Counted from the stretch's first letter, positions 40,643 through 51,875 are shown. The stretch is 64,000 nt of DNA from an uncultured Desulfobacter sp. (GCA_963665095.1 OY762069.1:384001-448000); one strand, 5' to 3'. The notes: generated by a model not told the origin, from the letters alone. Numbers and translations: made by a program.

Positions 40643-42547
40643 TTACAAAATATCGGCATCAAACATACGGATTGCCTGCTGGACCATGGGATGTCCTTCA
40701 GCTGATTTTTCCGCCTGCTGCCGGGTGTATTCCTGCTGGGCCGCGGTATCCGTATCTTCCTTGGTTTCTATTATATTAATATCTATGGGCTTTTTAAAAT
40801 AGGTGTTGCACAGGGCATCAAGTTCTTGGCTTTTGCTTTCAAGCCTGTGCCGTTCAAATCCTGAGCAGGATGTGGAGGAAAGCGTTACGGTCACATGGTC
40901 CGGACGGGTTGTGTCGGCCTGGCCCTTGGATAATAAACCGAAAATGACGGGCAGTTTCTGCTGGAGAGTTTCCATAAACCCGGGCCAGGACGGTTGCACT
41001 GACCGTTCTTCCACCCCGGCAGGCAGGACACCCGCTTCAGATTCTTCCGGATATACAGGGTCTTTACGGGATGAGGTATCATCGATATCAAGGTCCTGCA
41101 TCCGGCCTGGTTCCTGCTCATAAGAGGGGGTGGGCGGCATCTGACCAGTCTGATTCGTCTGACCAAGGCCTGCTTTGGTTGCTTCATGGGGCAGGGGCTG
41201 CGGTACCTGCGGTGCAGGGGGCACAGCCGGTGTACTGGTATGGGCCATGGCAGGTTCTGAATCAAAGGTGGGTGCCAGCGGTGGGGCCTGCATCTGCTGG
41301 CGGTTCTCAATGGACCGGGGGGCCGATGGCTCTCTTTGGTTTTGATTTCCTGACGCAGAAAGGGGTGTTGAACAGGCTTTGGCCTGGGCAAGGCCCTCCT
41401 CCATCTGCCGGGCCAGAAGATCCACCTTCGTGATAATCTCATCCAACCGGGTCTCAGGTTCAATCTGGATCATTTTAAGCAGCACCATTTCAACGGCTGT
41501 CTGGGTGTGTGAGGCAAAACGGACAATGTTTTCCTCTTTTAGCAGAAGATCCAGTAATACGCCCAGATAAGCCGGGGATAGTGATGTGCAAACATGTGCC
41601 AGTTCCTGTTTTTCACTTGCCGTCATATTCAGAACAGGCGTATCAGGACCGCACAGCGCAATGATATTCAGATTTCTGAAGTGGGCAATAATACCGGCGT
41701 AAAATTTTTTAAGATCCATGCCTGAATCATTGACCTGGCTGATCAGCTCAATGATGGCTGCGCCGTTTCTTGACAGAACAGCTGTGGCAATGGCGGAAAG
41801 CTGGCCCCGGTCTGTTACTCTGAGCCGCTGGGATACCATCTCCGTGCTGATCTCTTTTTCAGGGCCGGCAGAAAGAATTCGATCCAGAAGACTTAAAGCG
41901 TCCCTGATGGAGCCGTCTGCCTCCAGAGCAATCAGCTCCAGGCCCTCTTTTTCAACAATATACCCTTCAGCATCACATAATTTTTCCAGGTGGGCACAGA
42001 TTTTTTCCAGAAGGATCCGCGACAGGTCATGGCGCTGGCACCGGGAGAGAATCGTGGCAGGTATTTTATGGACTTCTGTGGTGGCAAAAATGAAAAGAAC
42101 ATGGTCCGGGGGTTCTTCCAGTGTTTTTAGCAGGGCATTGAAAGCAGCCACAGACAGCATGTGGACTTCGTCGATAATATATACCTTGTACCTGGCTGCC
42201 GCCGGCATGTAAGCCACGTTGTCCCTGAGTTCCCGGATCTGTTCCACGCTGTTGTTGGAGGCGCCGTCAATTTCAAAGACATCGGCGCAATGGCCGTTAA
42301 TAATGTCCGTGCAGATCCTGCAGGTGTTGCACGGGGTCGGGGTCGGGCCGTTTTCACATGTCATGGCCTTGGCCATGATTCGGGCAATGGTTGTCTTACC
42401 TGTGCCCCGCGGGCCTGCTAACAGCATGGCATGGGGAACCCGGTTCCCTGAAATGGCGTTGGTTAAGGTCGTGGTGACATGTTCCTGGCCCACAACCTGT
42501 GAAAATGCCTGGGGCCGGTATTTTAAAGCTAAAACCTGATAAGACAT
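40643..42547 (-). CDS. dnaX: DNA polymerase III gamma/tau subunit
   Basis: LALKYRP..F..VVGQ, GPRGTGKTT, EIDGASN, IIDEVHML, TILSRC; Pro-rich linker. Confidence 0.97.
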   Translation of the reverse strand: MSYQVLALKYRPQAFSQVVGQEHVTTTLTNAISGNRVPHAMLLAGPRGTGKTTIARIMAKAMTCENGPTPTPCNTCRICTDIINGHCADVFEIDGASNNSVEQIRELRDNVAYMPAAARYKVYIIDEVHMLSVAAFNALLKTLEEPPDHVLFIFATTEVHKIPATILSRCQRHDLSRILLEKICAHLEKLCDAEGYIVEKEGLELIALEADGSIRDALSLLDRILSAGPEKEISTEMVSQRLRVTDRGQLSAIATAVLSRNGAAIIELISQVNDSGMDLKKFYAGIIAHFRNLNIIALCGPDTPVLNMTASEKQELAHVCTSLSPAYLGVLLDLLLKEENIVRFASHTQTAVEMVLLKMIQIEPETRLDEIITKVDLLARQMEEGLAQAKACSTPLSASGNQNQREPSAPRSIENRQQMQAPPLAPTFDSEPAMAHTSTPAVPPAPQVPQPLPHEATKAGLGQTNQTGQMPPTPSYEQEPGRMQDLDIDDTSSRKDPVYPEESEAGVLPAGVEERSVQPSWPGFMETLQQKLPVIFGLLSKGQADTTRPDHVTVTLSSTSCSGFERHRLESKSQELDALCNTYFKKPIDINIIETKEDTDTAAQQEYTRQQAEKSAEGHPMVQQAIRMFDADIL

Positions 42548-42858
42548 GAATCATCCGAGATCGCTTAAGTTTTCTTTCTAAAAGTACAAGGCTTTATATC
42601 AGAGGGGGAATGCGGGGTCAATGTCGGTGGCCGGAATTTATTTTGCAAAAATGAGACACGGTGAAAAAAGCAGTGCCTATGTTTCCCCTTGTTATTTTTT
42701 CTGATTTTTTTAATAATCCAGGGTTTGAAATATCCGGTGTTTAACACTTAACAGGCCGCAAGTCTTGTGTTAATAAAACTCAAACAGGAGATGCATTGGC
42801 ATTCAGAATCTTTCAGCAGATAATAAAGCGGTTATTAATAATTATGAAGAGGCGTTCA

Positions 42859-43347
42859 ATGAAAATGGAGAAGCAGATATATACAAAGATAAGGTGGCGG
42901 GAGAACAGCCGGATTCAGGGTCAGGCCGGTTTTTCATTTATTGAGTTGATGGTGGTGGTCATTATCTTAGGTATACTTGCCGGTGCCATTGTGCCAAGGT
43001 ATATGGACAAGGCGGATAAAGCCAAAACTGTCAAGGCCCAGGTGGATATTGCGGCCATTGAGACAAGTCTTAAACTGTACAAACTGGACAATGGGTTTTA
43101 TCCCACCACAGAGCAGGGACTTGAAGCCCTGATCGAACAGCCCTCCACCGATCCTGTGCCTAAAAACTGGAATGAAAACGGGTATTTTGAGAAAAGAAAA
43201 ATGCCCAGAGATCCCTGGGGTAACGAGTACATGTACCTGTGCCCCGGTGTTCACGGCACCTATGACATCATCTCCTATGGCGCTGACGGCGAGTCCGGCG
43301 GGGAAGGTATCAATGCGGATGTTACCAACTGGGAAGATGAAGAATAG
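42859..43347 (+). CDS. gspG: type II secretion major pseudopilin
   Basis: [10 protein letters not shown] prepilin site; [30 protein letters not shown]; start uncertain (42844/42859/42865). Confidence 0.95.
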   Translation: MKMEKQIYTKIRWRENSRIQGQAGFSFIELMVVVIILGILAGAIVPRYMDKADKAKTVKAQVDIAAIETSLKLYKLDNGFYPTTEQGLEALIEQPSTDPVPKNWNENGYFEKRKMPRDPWGNEYMYLCPGVHGTYDIISYGADGESGGEGINADVTNWEDEE

Positions 43348-43843
43348 ACGGGCCGGATTCACATTTGTTGAACTGGTTGTTGTGGTGGGCATTTTTGCCG
43401 TTATTCTTTTGTTCTCCGTGCCCATGTTCCGGCAAATCTATCTGTCCCAGGGCTCATCCCGGAAGATGTCTCAGCTTGTTTCTCTGATAGAAACCTTAAA
43501 ACAGAAAGCGGTGATCCAGAATACAACCTACACGCTTCACATGGACACACATACGGGTAAGGCCTATATTACGGATGAGACCATGGATGAACAGGCGCTG
43601 CAGGCGGCTGAACAAAACAGTGTCTATTTTAACGATGGTCTTGAACTCAGAAATCTTGAGTTCCCTGAAAATGATAACCGGGACAGTGATGACCACACCA
43701 TCCGGTTTTTCAGCAAAGGTTTTTCAGACAGAGCCCTGATTCATGTCCGGGAGGATGATCAGGAGATTACCATTAAAATTTCCATGTTTCAAAAAAAGGT
43801 CCGGTTATTCGACAAATATGTCTCCTATGATGACTGCATCTGA
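43337..43843 (+). CDS. gspH: minor pseudopilin H
   Basis: [13 protein letters not shown] prepilin motif; follows gspG. Confidence 0.8.
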   Translation: MKNRRAGFTFVELVVVVGIFAVILLFSVPMFRQIYLSQGSSRKMSQLVSLIETLKQKAVIQNTTYTLHMDTHTGKAYITDETMDEQALQAAEQNSVYFNDGLELRNLEFPENDNRDSDDHTIRFFSKGFSDRALIHVREDDQEITIKISMFQKKVRLFDKYVSYDDCI

Positions 43844-44261
43844 TTATGGCAAAGGGGGGGAGCCGTATTGCTTCAGCAGGGCAGGGTTCACCCTGATTGA
43901 GGTGATGGTGGCCATGGCCATTATCGCTACGGTCATGGTCTCTTTGTTTAGAATGCAGTCCGGAACCATCAGCCTTGCCGGTGCGGATGAGTTTCAGACC
44001 GCCGCCAGATTTCTGGCAGCCAGGGCACTGACATCCATTGAATTATCCATTGATGATCCCCCTGATAAAGGTGAGTTTGAAGGAGCTTTCAAGGGATATG
44101 AGTGGTCCTGTGAGATCGTTGATGTAAGCTTTCAGCCGTCGGACATTATGCCCGACAGTGACAAGGCAGGTGAGTTTAAAAAGATTGAACTGACCATAAC
44201 AAGAACACTGGGAAACCGTTCCTACCATGTTGAAACATACCGGTATGCCCCGGGCGAGTAA
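43827..44261 (+). CDS. gspI: minor pseudopilin I
   Basis: AGFTLIEVMVAMAI prepilin motif; gene order. Confidence 0.8.
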   Translation: MMTASDYGKGGEPYCFSRAGFTLIEVMVAMAIIATVMVSLFRMQSGTISLAGADEFQTAARFLAARALTSIELSIDDPPDKGEFEGAFKGYEWSCEIVDVSFQPSDIMPDSDKAGEFKKIELTITRTLGNRSYHVETYRYAPGE

Positions 44262-44937
44262 ATGGCAGAACCAAAGCGGGTTCACACTGGTGGAACTGAT
44301 GGTGACCATTGTTATTTTTTCATTTGTCATGGTGATGCTGTTTTCATCATTCAACGCATTTCTCTCCACAGGACAGTCAATTGCCGGCGGCATTGACTAT
44401 AACCAGCGGGCAAGGGATGCTTTAAACAGAATGTGTGAGGATCTTGACACCATATATACAGCTTCTTTCCGGGAGCTCAGTGTCCAGGACGACCTTTCAG
44501 ATGATTTAAATCCTTTCCAGATGTCCGGGACCGAGGATTCTGTGGGAGGGAAACAGTTTGCAAGCGTGGTGTTTACCACACTGGCCGGACTGGAGACCGG
44601 CCGCAGCAAACCTGCCGGAGTGGTCCGGGTAACCTACTATGTCAGACAAAACAGCCGCAACGGGTTTGATTTGTGCCGGGCTGAACGCTTCATTGGCAGT
44701 GACCGGGAAAAAGATCCCTGTACAGACCCGGTCCTTGCAGAGGATATCACGGGATTCTCCCTTGGTTTTGTTGGTGCCGATCTGACGGAAACTGAGCAGT
44801 GGGGTGCCGATGACACTGATAAAAATCTGTCCGCACCTGCGGCTGTCAACATCAGACTGACATTGAACAGCGGTGGAAAGGAAAAAACATTTGAAACATC
44901 TGTCTGTTTACCGGTAAAAGGAGAAGCTGGTGAATAG
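44227..44937 (+). CDS. gspJ: minor pseudopilin J
   Basis: SGFTLVELMV motif; V.YY and P.AV.I.L features; start uncertain. Confidence 0.8.
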   Translation: MLKHTGMPRASKWQNQSGFTLVELMVTIVIFSFVMVMLFSSFNAFLSTGQSIAGGIDYNQRARDALNRMCEDLDTIYTASFRELSVQDDLSDDLNPFQMSGTEDSVGGKQFASVVFTTLAGLETGRSKPAGVVRVTYYVRQNSRNGFDLCRAERFIGSDREKDPCTDPVLAEDITGFSLGFVGADLTETEQWGADDTDKNLSAPAAVNIRLTLNSGGKEKTFETSVCLPVKGEAGE

Positions 44938-46051
44938 AATTTTACAAGATCAAAGGGGGGTGGCGCTTATTGCCACTTTGGCTGTGGTGGCCATCCTCTG
45001 CGTTGTGGCGCTGGAAGCCGGCCGCCTGGTGGGCTCAGCCGCCCTGCAGACATCCGTGGAAAACGATTGTTTTTCAGCTGAGCAGATGGCCTTGTCCGGC
45101 ATCCACCTGGCCCGGATGATCCTGGCAAAGGACGGGGCTGGCAATGAAATTGATTCCATTCAGGAACCCTGGGCCGATCCCGTACAGGTGGCCCAGGCTG
45201 TGGCTGAAGCCGGCATGGACCCGGCTCATGTCTCTTTGATAATTACCGATGAAATGGGCAAGCTAAAGTTAAATGCATTGCTCACACAGTTTCCCGGTAA
45301 TGAAGCAAATGCAGACCAGCAGGTGGTGCTGGAGCGGTTTCTGACCCTGGCTGCCCCTGAGGATAAACCCGAAGACGCGGGCAGTGCGGTTGAAATTGTC
45401 AATGCGCTGAAAGACTGGATGGACTCAAAGGATGATGATGCCGTTACCGGACTGACCGGTGCGGAGTCAAGCTACTATGAAGCCCTTGACCCCGGCTATC
45501 CGTGTACCAATGGTCCTTTACGGCATATCAACGAAATTTTTTACGTTAAGGGTGTGGTTGACGGTTTTATGTCCCAGGATTTTCTCAGCCAGGGACTGGA
45601 AAGCCTGACTGCGTCACGCACACTTGGCGCCGGGGATTTTTTTACGGTGTATGGCCTTGCCGACAAGGATGACAGTGAAGAAAAACGGTATGCATTTTCC
45701 GGAAAGGTCAATATCAACACTGCACCTGTGGCTGTGCTGGCAGCGCTTCTGCCAGAAGGCCGGGACGGGAATGCCCAGGATCTTGCCGATTACCGGTCAG
45801 ACAAAGCCAGTCTCGGCCAGGAATATTCCCATGTGCTTGACGCAGGATGGTTTGAACAGGTCGTTTCCCTGGATGATGATGAAAAAAAGGCATTTGAAGA
45901 GGTGATTACATATTCAAGTTCAACTTTCCGGGTGGCGTGTACCGCTGATAAAAACGGCAGGCAGGTGACCCTGTCCGCTGTTGTCAAAAGAGAAAAAAAG
46001 GACCTGACAGGCAGCTGGTCCTGCCGGATTGTTCAAATGGAAAGGGGCTGA
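44930..46051 (+). CDS. gspK: minor pseudopilin K
   Basis: RGVALI motif (no Glu at +5), I.DE.GK..LN, DWMD.DDD, GAES.YY, VNINTAP. Confidence 0.9.
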   Translation: MNRILQDQRGVALIATLAVVAILCVVALEAGRLVGSAALQTSVENDCFSAEQMALSGIHLARMILAKDGAGNEIDSIQEPWADPVQVAQAVAEAGMDPAHVSLIITDEMGKLKLNALLTQFPGNEANADQQVVLERFLTLAAPEDKPEDAGSAVEIVNALKDWMDSKDDDAVTGLTGAESSYYEALDPGYPCTNGPLRHINEIFYVKGVVDGFMSQDFLSQGLESLTASRTLGAGDFFTVYGLADKDDSEEKRYAFSGKVNINTAPVAVLAALLPEGRDGNAQDLADYRSDKASLGQEYSHVLDAGWFEQVVSLDDDEKKAFEEVITYSSSTFRVACTADKNGRQVTLSAVVKREKKDLTGSWSCRIVQMERG

Positions 46052-46054
46052 AAC

Positions 46055-47512
46055 ATGGCAGAGACCTTTTTGATTATCCGGGAAGACCGCTTTGGCATTG
46101 ACGCTGTCCTCAGTGGAAAAAATGGCAAACGCCGGGAAGTTCAGGCGCTGTTGCGCATGAATTATTTTGATTTTACAGACATTGCCGAAGATCGAACCCC
46201 TTTTGATGCAGCGCTTGAACAACTGGTTCAACAACTGGATGTCCACAGCTGTGCAGGTGTCATACTCATGCTGCCGGCATCCCTGTTTTATTTCCGAAAC
46301 ACGGCTCTGCCGTTTACTGCAAGTGCCAAAATCCGGCAGGTGCTTCCCCTGGAGCTCAATACCCGGTTCCCGGTGGAACTGGAATCCGTGGTAACGGATT
46401 TCCTGAAGTATGAGCAGGGAAACCATCCTCAACAGCGCTGGGTATTTTCAGGGTCCATCAAGGAAGAGACCCTTGATGCCTACTATCAAAGCCTTGTTCG
46501 GATAGGTCTCAGGCCCGCCGTTATCACGCCGGTTTCTGCAGGCATGGCCGCCTGCCTTCTGAAACAGGATAAAACTAGGAAACATTTTATTTTTTTTGAT
46601 GCAACATTAAGTGATATGTCACTGGTTCTGGTGGTCAATGCCGATCTTGTGGCTGTTCGAACGTTTTCAACCGGTATCTCTTTTACCATGGTTGGCCAGG
46701 CATTGAAGCAGGAGCTGCTGGGCTTCTGGCAGCGTACGGGAGTCCAGACACCGTTTGATATGTATGTGGCAGAAAAATTAGGGGAAGAGGATCAAAAGGA
46801 GCTGGCGGAAGTTTTTAAGGAGGTACTCTCGTTTCAAAAAAGCTTTCTGGCCCGGGAACTTTCCCCTGAGAATCACGCAGCGGCAGAACCGGCTCTCTCA
46901 TTTGTGGGGCCTGACGGGCTTCTGGAAATAATGACCCCTGGCCTTGGCAAGCTGCTGAATATGTGCCAGGGCAAATATGCCTCGGATTCCCTTGTCCGCA
47001 CCTATGCCTCATATATTGCGGCAAGCTGTGCTCTGGGGCTCCTTGCTTTTATCCTGTTCATGGTCAATATTCATCTGGATATTTCACGCCTGGAAAAACA
47101 GGTCTCTCAGAAGGAGGCGGCCATTGCCGCTGTATTCTCCCAGACCTTTCCGGAAAAGAAGACCGGAAGGATGGATCCCCTGCTGCTCATGGAAGCCAGC
47201 GTCAGGGAGGCGACCCGTAACCAGGGCGGTGGGAGCGACGACCTGTCAAATGCCCAGGGCAGTGTCCAGGCCGGTGCGGTTCTTCTTGAATTGTCAAACC
47301 GGATTCCCAAAGCCCTAAATATTGAGGTGGACCGGCTGATGCTGGATAAAACACGCATGATCCTGTCCGGCTCCGCAGGTAATTTTAATGCCATTGATCA
47401 GGTAAAAGGCCTGCTTGAGAAATCACCGCTTTTCAGAAAGGTGGAGATTGGAAGTGCTGTTGCCGGTAAAAAAGGTAACCGGGTGGATTTTAAATTTGTT
47501 ATTGAGATCTGA
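46055..47512 (+). CDS. gspL: type II secretion protein L (PilM/PilN-like)
   Basis: Actin-like cytoplasmic part (LPF....KIRQVLP.EL), one TM, PilN-like periplasmic end. Confidence 0.8.
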   Translation: MAETFLIIREDRFGIDAVLSGKNGKRREVQALLRMNYFDFTDIAEDRTPFDAALEQLVQQLDVHSCAGVILMLPASLFYFRNTALPFTASAKIRQVLPLELNTRFPVELESVVTDFLKYEQGNHPQQRWVFSGSIKEETLDAYYQSLVRIGLRPAVITPVSAGMAACLLKQDKTRKHFIFFDATLSDMSLVLVVNADLVAVRTFSTGISFTMVGQALKQELLGFWQRTGVQTPFDMYVAEKLGEEDQKELAEVFKEVLSFQKSFLARELSPENHAAAEPALSFVGPDGLLEIMTPGLGKLLNMCQGKYASDSLVRTYASYIAASCALGLLAFILFMVNIHLDISRLEKQVSQKEAAIAAVFSQTFPEKKTGRMDPLLLMEASVREATRNQGGGSDDLSNAQGSVQAGAVLLELSNRIPKALNIEVDRLMLDKTRMILSGSAGNFNAIDQVKGLLEKSPLFRKVEIGSAVAGKKGNRVDFKFVIEI

Positions 47513-47514
47513 TT

Positions 47515-48063
47515 ATGTTTGAACTGTCGAAACGGGATAAAAAATTTGTGGCAGCCGGCACCGTTTTTCTTGTATTGTTCAGTCTTGTGTGGTTTGTCTA
47601 CCTGCCGGCTGCGGACAGGCGGGCAGCCCTGGGTAAAAAAATTGTGTCAAAATCCAGGGATTTGGAACGGATGCAGGACCTTGCGCAGACCTATCAGCAG
47701 TATGCAATAGATTTTAATCTGGAAAAGGTTGCCCTTCAACGCAGAGGCCCCAAGTTCAGCCTGTTCTCCTTTCTGGATTCCCTGTCAGCCAGAAGCCGGG
47801 TGAAAAAAAATGTGGCGTACATGAAGCCCTTTACCCAGGAACTTGACAATAGTGCATATATGCTTTCCCGGGTAACGGTCAAGCTTCAGCAGGTGCATTT
47901 AAGAGGACTGGTTGATTTTCTTTTCCAGATTGAGCATTCTCCCAATGGTGTGGCTGTCACCTCTTTGTCTGTGACAAAATCAGGTGACAAGGGGCAGTTT
48001 CTTGATGCTGTGATCGAAACCCAGACCCTGGCATTAAAGGCAGGGGCGGAAAGTGGGCGCTGA
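47515..48063 (+). CDS. gspM: type II secretion protein M
   Basis: LSKRDK then TM, coiled coil, LV.FL..IE; gene order. Confidence 0.8.
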   Translation: MFELSKRDKKFVAAGTVFLVLFSLVWFVYLPAADRRAALGKKIVSKSRDLERMQDLAQTYQQYAIDFNLEKVALQRRGPKFSLFSFLDSLSARSRVKKNVAYMKPFTQELDNSAYMLSRVTVKLQQVHLRGLVDFLFQIEHSPNGVAVTSLSVTKSGDKGQFLDAVIETQTLALKAGAESGR

Positions 48064-48188
48064 TGCCGGCAGCACCGCCGGAAAGATGTCATTAGGTATG
48101 TTGTATGATCGGGAAAACCGGCTATAGAGTTAGGAAGAATCCTGCAAATAAGCAGATTCTTTTTCAGATAAATGTAAGGAGATAATAC

Positions 48189-50156
48189 ATGTTGCTGGAA
48201 TGTGGTAAATCTTCAGCGCTGATACGTGTTTGCATGAGCCTTGGGATGGTGCTTATGATTTTGATTCTGTCCGGGCTTTTACCCCAGGTTAATGCGCAGG
48301 ACAGTAAATCGTCTGAATACGTGTCCATGGACTTCAATGATGTGGACATCGGGGTGTTTATCAAGTTTATCAGCAAGCTGACCCAGAGAAATTTCGTGGT
48401 GGACACCAAGGTCAAAGGAAAGGTTACCATTATCTCTCCTGAAAAAATATCTGTGGATGAAGCCTATAAAGTATTTGAATCGGTTCTGGATATCTACGGG
48501 TTTGCCACGGTGGAAATGGGCAGCGTCACCAAGGTCGTACCGGTGGTGAATGCCCGGGGTGATAATGTGGATACCCGCATGGTAAAACAATATGAAAGTG
48601 CGTCAGATAAGCTGGTCACCCGGATTATTCCATTGAAATATGCCAGTTCTGATGAGCTGAAATCCCTCTTAACGCCCATGCTGTCAAAGGGAAATATATT
48701 GCTCTCCCATTCGGACAGCAATATGCTTATTGTCACATCAACGCTGGCCAGTATTGAGCGTCTGATGAAAATTATCAATACCATTGACGTGGAAGGGGTG
48801 GGCCGCAAAATCACCATACTGCCCATCAAGTATGCTGATGCCGAGAAAATGGTGACCAACATGACCAAAATCTATTCGGCAAAGACAAAAAGAACCACGA
48901 GGAAGAAAAAAAGCAGCAATGAACAGTCTGCAGAGATGGTGGCAGATGAGCGGACCAACTCCATTATCCTTTTAGCCACTGAACAGGAGAGTGCCCAGAT
49001 CACAGAGCTTGTGGAGGCCTTGGACAAAGAGGTACCCAAAGGTGAAGAAAAGATCCGGGTCTATTATCTGGAACATGCCACAGCTGAGGATCTGGCCTCT
49101 GTTCTTCAGGAGATTCCGCAAAAAGGAAGTGACGCCAAAAAAGAGGGCCAGAAAAAAGCGCCTCTACTCTCCGACGACATAAAAATTACCGCTGACAAGG
49201 CTACGAATTCTTTGATTATTATTGCGGACAAGGATGATTATCCTGTTCTGGAAGAGGTAATTAAAAAACTGGATGTGCCTAGGGCCATGGTGTTTATCGA
49301 ATGCCTGCTCATGGAGGTAAATGCGGACCGGTCTCTGGATCTTGGCATGGAGTGGCAGGCGGCCGGTGGCGTGGATGGCGATTCAAAGGCAATTTTCAGC
49401 GGGTTCGGTTCCACAGCCTCTAATTCTGGGGGCCTGGCATCCGTAAACTCCGGGGTCATGCCCAGTGGGTTTTCCCTGGGGATTCTAGGAAAAACCCTGG
49501 AAATAGGCGGCGTCACCTTTCCGTCTTTTCAGGCCATTATTCAGGCATATAAAGAAGATTCCGATGTGAAAATCTTATCCACGCCCCAGCTGTTAACCAC
49601 TGAAAACGAGGAAGCCACAATTACCATTGGTAAAAATGTCCCCTACCAGACCAAGTCCACAACATCATCCTCATCGGAAACATACAGCTCCTATGAGTAT
49701 AAGGATGTTGGCATTACCCTGAAAATCACCCCGTCCATCAGCCAGGACCGGCTGGTGAGACTGGCGTTTTACGAGGAGATCACCAAGCTGGATTCCGCCA
49801 ATACATCCTCAGCTGACCGGCCCACCACGCTGAAGCGGGAGCTGGAAACAACCATTATTGTTGAGGATGCCAATACGGTTGTCATTGGCGGGCTCATTGA
49901 CGAAAGTTTAAGCAAAGAGGTGAGCAAAGTGCCGTGTCTTGGTGACTTACCTGTCATTGGACATGCCTTCAGAAGTGATTCTTCCGGTAAAGAGAGAACC
50001 AATCTGTTTATTTTTCTGACCCCCCGGGTGGTAAAAAACCCACTGGAAGCACAAAAGATTTACCAGGAAAAGAAGGATGTCATTGACGAACTTGGCAAAA
50101 AAGAGATCAAGCTGTATGACGAACAGTCCGCTGTAAAGAGCATTATGCTTGACTGA
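48189..50156 (+). CDS. gspD: type II secretion secretin
   Basis: N domains (ADERTNS, ADKATNSL), ILSTPQLLT.ENEEA, KVP.LGDLPVIG..F, LFIFLTPRVV. Confidence 0.95.
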   Translation: MLLECGKSSALIRVCMSLGMVLMILILSGLLPQVNAQDSKSSEYVSMDFNDVDIGVFIKFISKLTQRNFVVDTKVKGKVTIISPEKISVDEAYKVFESVLDIYGFATVEMGSVTKVVPVVNARGDNVDTRMVKQYESASDKLVTRIIPLKYASSDELKSLLTPMLSKGNILLSHSDSNMLIVTSTLASIERLMKIINTIDVEGVGRKITILPIKYADAEKMVTNMTKIYSAKTKRTTRKKKSSNEQSAEMVADERTNSIILLATEQESAQITELVEALDKEVPKGEEKIRVYYLEHATAEDLASVLQEIPQKGSDAKKEGQKKAPLLSDDIKITADKATNSLIIIADKDDYPVLEEVIKKLDVPRAMVFIECLLMEVNADRSLDLGMEWQAAGGVDGDSKAIFSGFGSTASNSGGLASVNSGVMPSGFSLGILGKTLEIGGVTFPSFQAIIQAYKEDSDVKILSTPQLLTTENEEATITIGKNVPYQTKSTTSSSSETYSSYEYKDVGITLKITPSISQDRLVRLAFYEEITKLDSANTSSADRPTTLKRELETTIIVEDANTVVIGGLIDESLSKEVSKVPCLGDLPVIGHAFRSDSSGKERTNLFIFLTPRVVKNPLEAQKIYQEKKDVIDELGKKEIKLYDEQSAVKSIMLD

Positions 50157-50174
50157 TATGGGTGCTATGCTTTT

Positions 50175-51875
50175 ATGGATGCCATGATTGAACGTTTTAT
50201 TGAGAGCTTAAGTCAAAATTCCCGTTTAAGCGGGGAACATAGAGAGAAGATCCGTGCCACCTGTGAAAAGGATCCGGCCCGGCTCAAGGATCTTGCCTGC
50301 GAGACAAAACTTGTGACGGAATCCCAGGTTTTAACGGCACTGGGTACCATATATGAAATTCCTTTTATGGCGGATATTGCCTTTTTAAATCCGGATGTTG
50401 CGGTTGCTAAAGACCTTTCCAGAAAGTTTTTGAAAAAAAATCTCATCGTGCCCCTGCTGCCGAAAAATAAAAACGCGGTCATCGCTCTCAACGATCCATC
50501 AGACTTAAGCTGTGTGGATGAGGTGGCAATGCATGCCGGTTTCAAGGCGTTTTCCCTGGCGCTGGCAACCCGGGATCAGATTCTGACCGTCATTAATATG
50601 GTCTTTGATCAGGACACGGATAATGTGCAAAAGCTGGTGGATGACATGGAGGATGATGAGTCCCTGATCATTGAAGATATCGAACAGACTGCCGATCTTC
50701 TGGATGACACCAGTGACGCTCCGGTCATCCGCCTGGTGAACCAGATGATTTCTCAGTCCGTCAAGGCAGGAGCCAGTGACATTCACATTGAACCGTTTCA
50801 GGATGAACTGGTGGTGCGGTACCGCATCGACGGTATTCTCTATCCCCTGATGACGCCGCCCAAAGCCTTCCAGTCCAGCCTGATTTCCAGGGTCAAGGTG
50901 ATGGCCAAGATGAACATTGCGGAAAAGCGCCTGCCCCAGGATGGCAGGGCTCAGGTCCGGATTGGCAATCAGGAGATAGACCTGCGTATCTCAACTGTGC
51001 CCACCAATTTTGGCGAACGGCTGGTGATTCGTCTGTTAAATAAATCCGGATATTTCATGAAAATTTCCGAGTTTGGTCTCTCTTTGGAGAATGCGCAGCA
51101 TCTCAATGACATTTTCCATCAGAACCACGGTATTGTACTGGTAACCGGCCCCACGGGAAGCGGAAAAACCACAACGCTTTATGCCGGATTGTCGGAAATC
51201 AACACCCCGGACCGTTCCATCATTACCGTGGAAGATCCTGTGGAGTATAACCTGAAGGGGGTGGGCCAGATTCAGGTTAACCAGAAAACCGGCCTTACAT
51301 TTGCCCGGGGGCTGCGCTCCATTGTCCGCCAGGACCCGGATGTCATTCTCATTGGTGAGATCCGTGATATCGAAACCGCTGAGATCGCTATCCAGTCCGC
51401 CCTTACCGGACATCTGGTCTTTTCCACCCTTCATACCAATGATGCCCCCGGGGCTGTCACGCGGCTGGTGGATTTAGGGGTGGAACCTTATCTGATTACC
51501 TCCTCGGTAAATCATGTGATTGCCCAGCGCCTTGTCCGGATACTCTGCCGTCATTGCCGGGAGGAATTTACCTTGTCCGAAGGCGATCTGAGTGCCTTTG
51601 ACAGCACCAACGGTCTTAGACCGGGTCAGAAAGTATTTAAACCCAGGGGCTGCTCCCGGTGTTTTAATACCGGCTACTCAGGCCGACAGGCTATTATGGA
51701 GATTCTGCCGCTGGATGAGGCGTTGAAGACCCTTATCCTGGAAACTTCCGATGCCAACCGGATCAAGGACCTTGCTGTACACAAAGGCATGAAAACCCTG
51801 CGTGCAGATGGCTTAAACAAGGTGGCGAAAGGGATCACATCTCTTCGGGAAGTGTTGCGCGTCACCCAGGATTAG
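50175..51875 (+). CDS. gspE: type II secretion ATPase
   Basis: ASDIHIEP, RLPQDGR, GPTGSGKTTT, TVEDPVEY, RQDPDVILIGEIRD. Confidence 0.95.
   Translation: MDAMIERFIESLSQNSRLSGEHREKIRATCEKDPARLKDLACETKLVTESQVLTALGTIYEIPFMADIAFLNPDVAVAKDLSRKFLKKNLIVPLLPKNKNAVIALNDPSDLSCVDEVAMHAGFKAFSLALATRDQILTVINMVFDQDTDNVQKLVDDMEDDESLIIEDIEQTADLLDDTSDAPVIRLVNQMISQSVKAGASDIHIEPFQDELVVRYRIDGILYPLMTPPKAFQSSLISRVKVMAKMNIAEKRLPQDGRAQVRIGNQEIDLRISTVPTNFGERLVIRLLNKSGYFMKISEFGLSLENAQHLNDIFHQNHGIVLVTGPTGSGKTTTLYAGLSEINTPDRSIITVEDPVEYNLKGVGQIQVNQKTGLTFARGLRSIVRQDPDVILIGEIRDIETAEIAIQSALTGHLVFSTLHTNDAPGAVTRLVDLGVEPYLITSSVNHVIAQRLVRILCRHCREEFTLSEGDLSAFDSTNGLRPGQKVFKPRGCSRCFNTGYSGRQAIMEILPLDEALKTLILETSDANRIKDLAVHKGMKTLRADGLNKVAKGITSLREVLRVTQD

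Noticed and set aside
40643..42547. Programmed frameshift producing a gamma subunit in dnaX
   Set aside because: No convincing slippery heptamer with a downstream hairpin seen in the linker region
42548..42858. SRP RNA or tRNA upstream of dnaX
   Set aside because: No SRP domain IV motif or cloverleaf seen; looks like an AT-rich divergent promoter region
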